The translations under genes and the position numbers were made by a program. From positions 71,040 through 135,039 of the forward strand of contig JAKAPS010000001.1 in NCBI GenBank assembly GCA_021806925.1: DNA of 64,000 nucleotides, read 5' to 3'. Origin of the DNA: a bacterium (GTDB lineage: Bacteria > Patescibacteriota > Dojkabacteria > JAKAPS01). Numbering within the stretch: position 1 is the first letter of the stretch; each line of letters opens with the position of its first letter. Of the stretch, positions 30,945 through 40,912 are shown one piece after another. The notes below the pieces were generated by a model. The model was not told the DNA's origin, searched no databases, and saw nothing but the letters and a program-made list of their open reading frames with translations.

Positions 30945-31208
30945 TTACATTTCTAATCTAACTTCTTTCAGCATCTTTTCCACAATAGCAATATTTCTTA
31001 AATCCTCTTTTTCCGCCATTAATAGATCATCATCTAATCCATTAAATAAAAACGATACAGAGCTTTTTGGAACTCTATATACTTTTCCATATTTCTTAGC
31101 TATTATTTCACCGCTCTTTATAAGTTCATATACAGTTTTCCTACTTAACTGAAGTGCTCTCGCTATTTGTTCTGGCGTATATGCCTTATCAATATCCATA
31201 TTATACAA
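30945..31208 (-). CDS. HTH (excisionase/MerR-like) DNA-binding antitoxin partner of the PIN toxin
   Basis: 87 aa. Motif LQLSRKTVYELIKSGEIIAKKYGKVYRV is an excisionase-type helix-turn-helix. Lies 2 bp upstream of the PIN gene on the same strand. Confidence 0.6.
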   Translation of the reverse strand: MYNMDIDKAYTPEQIARALQLSRKTVYELIKSGEIIAKKYGKVYRVPKSSVSFLFNGLDDDLLMAEKEDLRNIAIVEKMLKEVRLEM

Positions 31209-31385
31209 TACTGCCTAGATTATATCTAAATATACTATATTCGTCAACATTCCAGATTATACCGCAGAAGTATCTTAGGGTAGTATATAGTACTAGTTGC
31301 TAATGAAACCACATTCAAACTCTAGGAAAATACTAAGCATTTTTAAATATTCTTAAGAAGTACGTATTAACTAGTGTTTATTATT

Positions 31386-32798
31386 TTATTTTCTCTTTAA
31401 AACATACCAGCCGTCTTCACTAAAAATCATTTTATATCCATCTTTCTGTTCACTATTAAGGTATTTTTGTATTTGAGAAAATGAAGTATATGGCCACAGA
31501 CCTACATTGCTACTTGCTAAAATATATTCAATACCAGATGGATAAACCATATCAGGCTTCAATATATATATATTATTTCTTTCTGATAAATGCGGGACTA
31601 TTGGGTTCTGTGCAATTACACTAGCATTTTGTGGGATTAATCTCAATGCCTGATAACCTGTACTTAGATTTTTTGTTAAATAATAATTCTGAATAGAGAA
31701 AATCTGATTAAATGGAAAAACAACTATGGAGCCTACATTAATTAGAAGTATAATAAGCACAATGTATTTTTTAAATTTAAGTATCTTCTTTTTTTCTAGG
31801 AATGCTATTGCATCTATTGTAGAAATTACTAGAATCGGTGTTACTGTTGCACTATAGTGACCATGAAATCCCCAATAAGCACTTTCAGTTGAAAGAAATC
31901 TTTCTAGTAATAATGGTATAGCAAGAATAAATGTAGTAGATAAAAATGGTAAGAAAATAAACGGAAGAAATGTAAAGAATTCAGTTATGAATTTCTTCAG
32001 TGGAGAAAACAATACTTTAAAAAAATGAATAGGTTTTAATAATATATTGATTGAAGCACTAAATATGTTATTTCCAAATTCAGTATAATGCCAATATCTG
32101 AAACCTCTAGTCCCTGCAAAGAAAGGAATGACCCACTTAGTTATAACTATAAAAGATGAAAATCCAAGTAGGAATATAGCTATAGATTGCCTATATCTTT
32201 TGAATGTTGCTAGATAAAATGCAAAGAAGCAAAGAAGAATTGTCATATCTTCTTTTACAAAAATTAATAATACAAGAAGTGGAATGTATATTTTAGGTTT
32301 ATTCTCCCTTATATAGTAAATTGAAAATGCAATTAATGGAACAGCAAATGCTATTTCATGAAAATCAAAACCAATTGTTTCCTGAATTCCCCAAAATATT
32401 CCATAAATAATAGCAAACGCAACTGCATAAAATGTACCTCCTAATTCTTTTTTAGCAATTAAATATATTGGTATAATGGTTATAGCTAGAAGAAATGCTT
32501 GAGCTACAAGTAAATTAACTGGTGTATGAAATATCCAATACATCGGAGCTAATAAAATCAGTATTGGATGAAAATGATCACCAAGAATATTACTTAATCC
32601 TCTTACAGTACTTACAGGAGTTTGAAATAGGGAATAATGCCATATAGCCTGATCAAATATTCCCAAATCATCTCCGTATGTTCGAAAGTGAGTATGTTCT
32701 ATGATACTTACAAGCGAAAACAGAAAAAAGAAAAATGTTACTAAATAGAATTTAGGGTCTCTAAATATCTTTTTCATTTTTATAAGTATAACATACAA
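31386..32798 (-). CDS. Polytopic membrane protein (DUF2079-like, possible GT-C-type glycosyltransferase)
   Basis: 470 aa, more than 10 TM helices. Conserved-looking N-terminal motif HFRTYGDDLGIFDQAIW. Start may be the internal Met (MKKIFRD...). Confidence 0.5.
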   Translation of the reverse strand: MYVILIKMKKIFRDPKFYLVTFFFFLFSLVSIIEHTHFRTYGDDLGIFDQAIWHYSLFQTPVSTVRGLSNILGDHFHPILILLAPMYWIFHTPVNLLVAQAFLLAITIIPIYLIAKKELGGTFYAVAFAIIYGIFWGIQETIGFDFHEIAFAVPLIAFSIYYIRENKPKIYIPLLVLLIFVKEDMTILLCFFAFYLATFKRYRQSIAIFLLGFSSFIVITKWVIPFFAGTRGFRYWHYTEFGNNIFSASINILLKPIHFFKVLFSPLKKFITEFFTFLPFIFLPFLSTTFILAIPLLLERFLSTESAYWGFHGHYSATVTPILVISTIDAIAFLEKKKILKFKKYIVLIILLINVGSIVVFPFNQIFSIQNYYLTKNLSTGYQALRLIPQNASVIAQNPIVPHLSERNNIYILKPDMVYPSGIEYILASSNVGLWPYTSFSQIQKYLNSEQKDGYKMIFSEDGWYVLKRK

Positions 32799-32994
32799 AA
32801 AAGATATATCTTATTAGTGTATTTAGGTTAATATATATTCTTGTGATTCTACTATTTAATCTACTTTTATCTATTCTTTAATTTTTCCTTTTGTTTATGT
32901 TTATGTGTAGTTGTTTTTGATGTGTATGAGAAACAAGTCCTCAATACACATCAAGCACATATAAAATGTAATTAAATAACAATTTGCTACTAGT

Positions 32995-35088
32995 TTATTC
33001 TATTGATTTTTTAGCAGCTTTCTTTATAGAGAAATTAAGCCTATGGTCATTATCAATCGACATTAGTATAACTTCAACAGATTGCCCTTCTTTCAAGGCA
33101 TCTTTCACTGATTTTATAAAGCCGTCTTTTATTTCGCTCACATGAACTAGTCCGCTTATACTAGGTGAAACTCTTACAAACGCACCAAAATCCATTATTT
33201 TTTCGACTTTTGCCTTATATGTTTTACCTACCTCTGGTTCCATAATAATGTTTTCAATCATTTTTGAAGCCTTTTCTCCAGCTTCATCATCAATTGAACT
33301 TATTGAAACCACTCCATTATCAGATATATCAACTTCTGCACCAGTCAGCTCTATAATCTTTTTTATTGTTTTTCCCTGAGAGCCGATAACATCACCAATC
33401 TTTGTAATTGGAACTTTTACAGTACGAATTTTTGGAGCATATTGAGAAAGACTTTGTTTTGGTTTACTAATAACTTCCTTCATTCTTTCAAGTATAAAAA
33501 GGTAACCTTCTCTTGCTTGATTAATTGCTTCGTCAAGAATTTCAACTGTAATGCCTTCCATCTTGTTATCCATCTGAATTGCAGTTATACCTTTTTCAGT
33601 TCCAGTAACTTTAAAATCCATTTCTCCAAAATGGTCTTCTGCTCCTTGAATATCAGATAGAACAACATATTCTCCGTTTTTATTCATAACAAGACCCATT
33701 GCTATACCGCTTACCATAGCTTTTATTGGAACACCTGCATCCATAAGCGACAAAGTTGATCCACATGTTGAAGCCATAGATGTTGAACCATTAGATGAAA
33801 GTATTTCAGATACTACTCTTATAGTATATGGAAATTCTTCTTCTGAAGGGATGACTGGTTCAAGAGCCCTCTGAGCTAATGCACCATGTCCTATTTCTCT
33901 CCTTCCTGGGAAATATAGATTTCTTGATACCTCTCCGACTGACCATCCTGGATGGTTATAGTGGTGCATGTACCTAGAAGTTTTTTCTCCATCCTTGCTT
34001 TGCATTAATTGTTCAAACTTACTTGAACCAAGAGTTACAACACTAAGTGCTTGAGTTTCACCTCTCTTGAATATTGCACTTCCATGTGTTCTTGGAAGTA
34101 TTGATACTTCAACAGTTATTGGTCTTATTTCATTTAATTTTCTTCCATCTATTCTTTCTTTTCTTTTTACAACTTCTTCAGTAAATATGTATTTCTCAAC
34201 TTCAATAAATGCATTTCTAAATTCTTCACCATCACAATCAACAAATATTCCTAATAGTTCATCTTTAAGTTCTTTTTCTTTTCTATTAAACTCTTTCTTG
34301 GATTTTGAAAATAAGCAATCAGAAACTCTGTCATAAAACTTTGATTTTATTTCTTCAACTAATTGAGTATTTATCAGTTTTGGAGAATACATAATAGTCT
34401 CTGGATTAACCTCCTTTTTTAATTCTTCTTGAAAATCAAGGAAATTCTTACTCTCTTGCTTTGCTAATTTGATTGCCTCAATGACCTTTGATTGTTGAAT
34501 TTCTGTTGCACCAGCTTCAAGCATGACAATAGCACTTTTAGTTGTAGCAACAACTAAATCCATTTCACTTGTTTCAATTTCATCAGTACTTGGATTAACA
34601 ATAAATTTATCATCTTTAAAACCAATCCTTATACCTGCAACTGGTCCTGAAAACGGAAGACCTGATAAACAAAGTGCAGTTGACACTGCATTTATTCCTA
34701 ACAAAGCTGGATCATTAACACCGTCATATGACAATACGGTAACAACAACTTCAACCTGATTAACAAAGTCTTCGTTAAACAATGGCCTTATGCTTCTATC
34801 AATTAATCTAGCTCTTAAAATCTCATCAGTTGATGGCCTTGTTTCTCTTTTTATGAAACGGGATGATGATATTTGACCACTTGCGTAAAGTTTTTCAAAA
34901 TATTCAACCTGAAGAGGGAAAAAATCAATTCCTTCCCTTCTATCTGCAGTTACAACTGTTGCTAAACAGACAGTTTCTCCTGCAGTTGCATAACAACTTG
35001 CAAGAGTCTGAAGTGCAACATGTCCTGTTTCAAATTCATATTTAACATTGTTATATGTAAAACTCTTCTTATATACACTACTATTCAT
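32995..35088 (-). CDS. pnp: Polynucleotide phosphorylase
   Basis: 697 aa. Two RNase PH-like domains, then KH (GKTIKKIIELTGAEVDI) and S1 (GKTYKAKVEKIMDFGAFVRV) domains. Immediately downstream of rpsO. Confidence 0.9.
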   Translation of the reverse strand: MNSSVYKKSFTYNNVKYEFETGHVALQTLASCYATAGETVCLATVVTADRREGIDFFPLQVEYFEKLYASGQISSSRFIKRETRPSTDEILRARLIDRSIRPLFNEDFVNQVEVVVTVLSYDGVNDPALLGINAVSTALCLSGLPFSGPVAGIRIGFKDDKFIVNPSTDEIETSEMDLVVATTKSAIVMLEAGATEIQQSKVIEAIKLAKQESKNFLDFQEELKKEVNPETIMYSPKLINTQLVEEIKSKFYDRVSDCLFSKSKKEFNRKEKELKDELLGIFVDCDGEEFRNAFIEVEKYIFTEEVVKRKERIDGRKLNEIRPITVEVSILPRTHGSAIFKRGETQALSVVTLGSSKFEQLMQSKDGEKTSRYMHHYNHPGWSVGEVSRNLYFPGRREIGHGALAQRALEPVIPSEEEFPYTIRVVSEILSSNGSTSMASTCGSTLSLMDAGVPIKAMVSGIAMGLVMNKNGEYVVLSDIQGAEDHFGEMDFKVTGTEKGITAIQMDNKMEGITVEILDEAINQAREGYLFILERMKEVISKPKQSLSQYAPKIRTVKVPITKIGDVIGSQGKTIKKIIELTGAEVDISDNGVVSISSIDDEAGEKASKMIENIIMEPEVGKTYKAKVEKIMDFGAFVRVSPSISGLVHVSEIKDGFIKSVKDALKEGQSVEVILMSIDNDHRLNFSIKKAAKKSIE

Positions 35089-35123
35089 TATGTTTCTATT
35101 CTTTCTATTTTTTGTTTTTATTT

Positions 35124-35597
35124 TTACTTCTTCAAACCAATCCTTTGAATTAATACTTCATATCTATTTAAATCAGTTCTCTTTAAGTATTCAAGTAATC
35201 TCCTTCTTTTTCCAACACTTTGAATAATTCCTCTTCTTGATGAAGAATCTTTCTTGTGTGTCTGCAAATGTGCCGTAAGATTAACTATTTGATGAGTAAG
35301 CAAAGCTACTTGTACTTCAGGTGAACCCGTATCGGTACTTGTAAGAGCAAATGCTTTTATTATCTCATTCTTTGTTGTTGATTTCGAAAAAGTAAACACT
35401 CCATTTGAGTCTGATTTAGTTTTTTCTTTAGAAGCGGCATCGCTTTTATCAGCACTCTTCTTCTTTGAAACCTTTACTTTTGGTTCATTCTCAAGTGTTT
35501 TTTTGGAAATCTTTTTTTTTGCAACAACTTTTGATGTTGATGCTGCTGTTTTTGCAACAGTCTTTTCTGTGTCTTTTTCTGTTTTTTCTTTTTTCAT
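35124..35597 (-). CDS. rpsO: 30S ribosomal protein S15, possibly with a Lys-rich N-terminal extension
   Basis: C-terminal 90 aa (TKNEIIKAFALTSTDTGSPEVQVALLTHQIVNLTAHLQTHKKDSSSRRGIIQSVGKRRRLLEYLK...) is canonical S15. The ORF-track ATG adds roughly 65 K/E/T-rich residues. An in-frame GTG (VFTFSKSTTK...) would give a standard 92-aa S15. Confidence 0.8.
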   Translation of the reverse strand: MKKEKTEKDTEKTVAKTAASTSKVVAKKKISKKTLENEPKVKVSKKKSADKSDAASKEKTKSDSNGVFTFSKSTTKNEIIKAFALTSTDTGSPEVQVALLTHQIVNLTAHLQTHKKDSSSRRGIIQSVGKRRRLLEYLKRTDLNRYEVLIQRIGLKK

Positions 35598-35900
35598 TTT
35601 TTTCTTTTTTTTAAATACCGCACTTAATGAATTTTCATTTCATTTATGCGCCCTTTTATGGGTCTTATTAAAGCTTAAATATATATACTCAAACCATTTT
35701 CCTCTAATCGCAAATAGCATATTAATAAAAATACTACTTAATATATTTACTATTTTGTCTCCTAACTTTTTCCTATTTTTATCTTAATTACTAGCGCAAG
35801 CTTGCAAAAAGTAATTTTCTGTTAGTAAAAGAAGCTAAACAGATATTAACAAGTGGAAAAAAACTTGTCAAATTTCTTTGAAACTACTTGCCACGGTTGG

Positions 35901-37211
35901 CTACTTTCCAGCGACCGGTGAAAATATTGGATTATCAATGTTATCACTATCGCTAGCTTTCTCCTCTGCTACTTTATTACTTTCATTCACATTTGGCAAA
36001 ACAGAGCTGCTATTATCTAAACCAAAGCCCCCATCCTCATAAGAGAAAGGATCTTCCTCATCATTAAATAACAAATCCCCTTTATTTGAAAATATATCTT
36101 CTGGAGACTTATCCTCACTGTTTACACCAAGAACATCTTTATCACTTTCAAGTTCTAATTCTAAAAGTTTTGTAAGCTCACTGACAACATCTGTTGACTT
36201 ATATTCAATCCTTGTATACCCTTCATGAATTTCAAACTCCTTATCCTTTAATATGTCTTTTAAATCAATATCAGTAAAGATATATACCTCACTATTTTCT
36301 CCATATTTGAAAATATTTATTCCAAGTTTAGTATCAGCTTTTTTACAACAATAATCAGATTGATAAACAATTGCATCAAATCCTCTTTCAATTATTTCGC
36401 TTCCCTTTGCTGTAACATCAGATAAATACACACTTGCGTTATTTAATACTTTTGATTTACCGTATCTTACTGAGTTAATTAAATCAGAATAAAGAAGAAC
36501 CTTCTTCAGATCACTTATATAGAATGTTGAATCAAAAGCTCCACCATTTTTGGTTAAGAAGTAAAGTGATTCATAATATTCTTTTAAATTGGTTTGTTTT
36601 GTAAGTATAAGACGTTGAATTTGTGAAGTTAATGAATCTAATTCCTCTTTTTTAAACTTATACCCAAGCTCGATTCCCAACCTAATTATTGCATGTAGAA
36701 TTCCTGATGGATCTTCAATCTTGTATTTTGATTCTTCAAAAATTGTTTTACCAATTGAAAATTTATCAACTAAGATATTACTAAATATATCTTCTGCAGA
36801 GTCTATCTCTATAATAAGATCAAATATATCACCACTCTTTTCAATCTTCAAACTACTTGTATCTGGTTCAACATCATTAGGTAATTGAATATTAACCTGT
36901 GATCCTTCCTCACTGTATTCAATTTTCTCAATTTTACTTGTGTTTAGTTTTAGAAAAGATAATGTGTAATAAACATTTCCTATCTCCTTCTTTATTGATT
37001 TAATATCAACACCTAGAATGCGTAATCCTGATTCCCAGGATGGATCCAATTTTTCAGCATATATTGATGTATTCTCTATTGAATATATATCTTTAAGCAT
37101 ATTTGCAATAATAACCGCAGAGACTAATTCGATATAGTCAGGGGTTTTACCAGCTGAAATAAGGATATTCTTAACTCCTTTAAACAGATCTTTCAAAGTA
37201 TCTGAGCTCAT
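35901..37211 (-). CDS. Hypothetical acidic protein
   Basis: 436 aa, D/E-rich C-terminus, no assignable motif. It occupies the position where rbfA/truB normally sit between infB and rpsO. Confidence 0.45.
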   Translation of the reverse strand: MSSDTLKDLFKGVKNILISAGKTPDYIELVSAVIIANMLKDIYSIENTSIYAEKLDPSWESGLRILGVDIKSIKKEIGNVYYTLSFLKLNTSKIEKIEYSEEGSQVNIQLPNDVEPDTSSLKIEKSGDIFDLIIEIDSAEDIFSNILVDKFSIGKTIFEESKYKIEDPSGILHAIIRLGIELGYKFKKEELDSLTSQIQRLILTKQTNLKEYYESLYFLTKNGGAFDSTFYISDLKKVLLYSDLINSVRYGKSKVLNNASVYLSDVTAKGSEIIERGFDAIVYQSDYCCKKADTKLGINIFKYGENSEVYIFTDIDLKDILKDKEFEIHEGYTRIEYKSTDVVSELTKLLELELESDKDVLGVNSEDKSPEDIFSNKGDLLFNDEEDPFSYEDGGFGLDNSSSVLPNVNESNKVAEEKASDSDNIDNPIFSPVAGK

Positions 37212-37417
37212 ATTTTCTTATAGGATAATAACACTAAATATGAACTTTATCAATAGGAAATAAATAGCTTTTCACGTTAGTTAATAAAAAAAAATACCTG
37301 GAATATATATACCATATCTGTGGATAATCAAATATATTTTATATATAAAATTACATACAATATCATATAAATCGGTACTTCACGTATTAGCTCTGTTTTA
37401 ATTTTGTAATTAATACT

Positions 37418-37588
37418 TCAACTTTCTCCTTTTTCCTCTGCAAATTTTCTTCTTCTTGCCTCACCAATTTTCTTTTTTGTTTCTTCAGGAAGTCTTTTCC
37501 CTGTATGTGCTATTCTAGCTGCTTCACTTCTATTATATTCTTTCTTGTGAGGAATATTATCTTGTCTCTGTTCTTCAAAATCATCCAT
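37418..37588 (-). CDS. Small ORF with NUMOD3-like motif (possible homing-endonuclease remnant)
   Basis: 56 aa, not in the ORF track (below 60 aa): MDDFEEQRQDNIPHKKEYNRSEAARIAHTGKRLPEETKKKIGEARRRKFAEEKGES. The HTGKR-PEETKKKIGEA segment resembles the NUMOD3 DNA-binding motif of GIY-YIG/HNH homing endonucleases. Speculative. Confidence 0.3.
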   Translation of the reverse strand: MDDFEEQRQDNIPHKKEYNRSEAARIAHTGKRLPEETKKKIGEARRRKFAEEKGES

Positions 37589-37795
37589 CAATGCATTATA
37601 TAGTGTTATTTCTTGTATTGCAAATTTATGTAGTCGCGTAGTAGAGTTTTGAGTATAAAAGTGCCAGGTTTATCTAAAATTTTGGTATTTGTTCGTTTTA
37701 ATAATTAAAAGGTGATTAAGGCATTAGTTTTATATTATTTTGACATAAGATTACACTTAGTATACAATAATGTATACCAACTATAATCTATATAT

Positions 37796-38377
37796 ATGAA
37801 ATCAACTGATATATACTTAAAATTAAAAAATACTGGGAAGAATATATTTAAGCTGCAGGATATAAAAACATTGACTGGAGTAGAAAAATACGAGTATCTA
37901 AAAATATATATAAATAGAATGATAAAAAAAGGCCTTATTAAAACAATAAAAAAAGGTCTTTATTACCTTGCTGATTCACCACCATCTGATTTTGAAATAG
38001 CAAACAATCTATATATTCCTTCATACATTTCATTGGAAACAGCATTAGTCTATTATGGTATTATTAACCAAGTTCCATATACGATCACATCAGTAACTCT
38101 AAAAAAGGCAAATATGTACAAATTTAATGCGAAAGAATATAGCTATAGCCATCTTAGCCAATCTCTATTTTATCCTGATTTACAAAAGAACAATATATTA
38201 ATAGCTTCAAGGGAAAAGACTATTATTGATACTATCTATCTAGCATCTTTTAGAGGATATGATATAAACTTTGACGAATGGGATTTATCAGACATTGATA
38301 TGGTAAAATTAAAGACTATAGCTAGTACTATAGAAATAAAGGCATTTAGTAATTTATTTTATTCGTTATTCAAATGA
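37796..38377 (+). CDS. abiEi: AbiEi-like antitoxin/transcriptional regulator (type IV TA)
   Basis: 193 aa. 4-bp ATGA overlap with the downstream nucleotidyltransferase toxin. N-terminal wHTH-like region and size fit AbiEi. Assignment mainly by context. Confidence 0.6.
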   Translation: MKSTDIYLKLKNTGKNIFKLQDIKTLTGVEKYEYLKIYINRMIKKGLIKTIKKGLYYLADSPPSDFEIANNLYIPSYISLETALVYYGIINQVPYTITSVTLKKANMYKFNAKEYSYSHLSQSLFYPDLQKNNILIASREKTIIDTIYLASFRGYDINFDEWDLSDIDMVKLKTIASTIEIKAFSNLFYSLFK

Positions 38378-39138
38378 TAAACTCAACTGATCTAAGTAAA
38401 TATGCAAATGAATGGAAAATCGATACTTACTCTATTATTAGGGAATATATACAATTGGTGATTTTGGGAGCTATATATCAGATAAACAACAGTGAACAAA
38501 TATACTTTAAAGGAGGGACTGCATTAAGATTAATATATAAATCGATTAGATTTAGTGAAGACTTGGATTTTAACTCAAAACTTCCAAGAGAAGAAATCAT
38601 TACTATTCTAAAGAAGTCAATTGATTTAATAAAGAATATTTTACCGGGAATATATTTAGATAATATTGAAAACAAATATGACAATATACATACACGTGTT
38701 ATGTATAAATCTACTGGGTTACAACAGCCACTAAACATTGCTGTTGATGTAAATACCAAAGATGGATCATTAGATGAATACATTTCACTACTTTCATCTC
38801 CAATGCCATTACCTTATTATTCTTTTATTAAAACACTTACTATAGATGAGATATTGGCAGAAAAAATAAGTGCGTTAATGAACAGATCAAAAGGTAGAGA
38901 TGTTTTTGATGTCTGGTTCTTACTGAATAGACAAGTAAAAATAGATATGAATCTTCTTGAAAAAAAGATGGCACTTTATAATAAAAGAATAACAATAGAA
39001 GATATAATTAGTAAAGTACAAGAGTATGACGAAAAAAAATTAAAAAATGATCTAAATAAATATTTACCGGAAAATCAGCGTAATATTGTTCCCTTACTTA
39101 AGGAATTATTAACTAATATGTTATTACCATTGAAATAA
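38374..39138 (+). CDS. abiEii: AbiEii-like nucleotidyltransferase toxin (DUF1814 family)
   Basis: 254 aa. Motif FKGGTALRLIY...RFSEDLDFNS is the GG(T/S)-x-L...S-x-D-x-D-F nucleotidyltransferase signature of AbiEii. Confidence 0.8.
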   Translation: MINSTDLSKYANEWKIDTYSIIREYIQLVILGAIYQINNSEQIYFKGGTALRLIYKSIRFSEDLDFNSKLPREEIITILKKSIDLIKNILPGIYLDNIENKYDNIHTRVMYKSTGLQQPLNIAVDVNTKDGSLDEYISLLSSPMPLPYYSFIKTLTIDEILAEKISALMNRSKGRDVFDVWFLLNRQVKIDMNLLEKKMALYNKRITIEDIISKVQEYDEKKLKNDLNKYLPENQRNIVPLLKELLTNMLLPLK

Positions 39139-39187
39139 GGCGTGTATTTTTTAATTCAGTCATTCATGTAAGATTCTGTGTAGCTAT

Positions 39188-40678
39188 CTATTTCTTTATA
39201 CAATCAATAGTATCACCTGTTTGAGATTCATAGTTAGGTGATAATGTCAATCCACATTCACTTCCCTTTAATGATTCTTTTATCTCCTCTTTCAAGTGTT
39301 TTATTGATATTATTCTGCCTTCGTAGCACACTGATCCTCTTCTTGTAATACGTGCAATCAATCCTTTTTGAAGCTTACCTTCCATAACTCTACATCCTGC
39401 TACAAACATACCATTTGATAGTGTAAATACTTGCAAAACTTTAGATGAACCTATTTTTGTTTCTTGAATTTCACCAGTACTCATAGCCTGTGCAGCTGAT
39501 ATTAGATCATCAATCAACTCATAGATTACCTTATATATCATTACAACAATCTTTTTTGATTTTGCATATTTATCAATTCTATCTTCAATCGAAACATTAA
39601 ACCCAACAATAATTGCTCCAGATGCTTCTGCACTTGTAACATCTGATTCATTAATATCACCATTCCTTGAGTAGAATATATCTATAGGAAGATCCTGTTT
39701 TACACTTTTTATATATTCAATTATTGCCTCATTTGAACCATTTGAATCCGTCTTTAGAATAACAAGTAAATTCCTTCCAGCCTTCTTTTCTTTTTCAGTG
39801 TTTAATGCATCAAATATATTAAATCTATCATTAGAGAACGACTTGTCATCTTTCTTTACTATATTTTCATCCTTATTTCCTGTATTTTTCACAATCGTAT
39901 TGGAAAAGTAAATTGTTTCACCGCAACTTTTTGATTCATTCATTCCTGATAGAATAACTGGCATTGAAACAGTAGCCCTAGTGATTCTTTTACCTCTATC
40001 ATCAATTATTGAACGTACCTTTAGCGTTGTATTAATCAAATAGTCACCTGTTTTTATTTCACCAGACTTAACAATAACAAGATATTGATGTCCCTCCTTC
40101 TTATTTAAGAAACTTTCCAATACAATTGCACTATTAACGTCGCTTTTTTCTTCATGTGTAGTTTCATCCTCACTCATATCCCAATACAAAAGTATTGTAT
40201 CAATTAAATTCTCTATATTTGTACCATTTTTTGCAGATATTTCACAAAATGGAACATTGCCTCCGAATCCTTCAAGCAGTATTCCATTTGCGACTAATTC
40301 TCTTTTTACTTTATCTGAATTTGCATTTGGCAAATCAATCTTGTTTATAGCAACGATAGTTGGAATATTTTGTGATAATATTAAATTAATTACTTCCTTT
40401 GTCTGCGGCTTTACTCCATCATCAACAGCAACAACTAAAACAACTATGTCAGCAACCTTTGAACCCCTCTCACGTATTTTAAAAAATGCTTCATGACCTG
40501 GTGTATCTATAAATGTTATAGATCTATCCTCTTTGGCTGTATACATGAATGATCTAACAGATTGCGTTATTCCTCCGGATTCTTTCTCAGCTATTCTTGA
40601 ATTCATTAAATAATCAAGCAAGGTAGTTTTACCGTGATCAACATGCCCCATAATGGCTACAACAGGAGTTCTTTTCAT
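39188..40678 (-). CDS. infB: Translation initiation factor IF-2 (short form starting at the G domain)
   Basis: 496 aa. G1 AIMGHVDHGKTTLLD, G3 DTPGH, G4 NKID, and IF-2 C-terminal domains. No long N-terminal region. Confidence 0.9.
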   Translation of the reverse strand: MKRTPVVAIMGHVDHGKTTLLDYLMNSRIAEKESGGITQSVRSFMYTAKEDRSITFIDTPGHEAFFKIRERGSKVADIVVLVVAVDDGVKPQTKEVINLILSQNIPTIVAINKIDLPNANSDKVKRELVANGILLEGFGGNVPFCEISAKNGTNIENLIDTILLYWDMSEDETTHEEKSDVNSAIVLESFLNKKEGHQYLVIVKSGEIKTGDYLINTTLKVRSIIDDRGKRITRATVSMPVILSGMNESKSCGETIYFSNTIVKNTGNKDENIVKKDDKSFSNDRFNIFDALNTEKEKKAGRNLLVILKTDSNGSNEAIIEYIKSVKQDLPIDIFYSRNGDINESDVTSAEASGAIIVGFNVSIEDRIDKYAKSKKIVVMIYKVIYELIDDLISAAQAMSTGEIQETKIGSSKVLQVFTLSNGMFVAGCRVMEGKLQKGLIARITRRGSVCYEGRIISIKHLKEEIKESLKGSECGLTLSPNYESQTGDTIDCIKK

Positions 40679-40686
40679 ATTTAATA

Positions 40687-40908
40687 TTATAACTCTTTTT
40701 TCCTACTTCGTTTAGCTATTCCCTTTATTCTATTTTCCAACCAAACAGTATCTAATAGCTTAAGACAGTTATTGCATATGTAGTAACCTCTTCCAGAAAG
40801 TAATTGATTCTTATCAAAAACGATTTCACCAGAAGTACATACAAACCTATTTAACTCATTCTTTTTTAATTTTAAAGAACATTTTAAACAAGTTCTTTGA
40901 AAATTCAT
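40687..40908 (-). CDS. ylxR: YlxR/RnpM-family (DUF448) protein
   Basis: 73 aa. RTC-x2-C ... GRGYYIC-x2-C pattern. Conserved position between nusA and infB. Confidence 0.7.
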   Translation of the reverse strand: MNFQRTCLKCSLKLKKNELNRFVCTSGEIVFDKNQLLSGRGYYICNNCLKLLDTVWLENRIKGIAKRSRKKEL

Positions 40909-40912
40909 ATAT

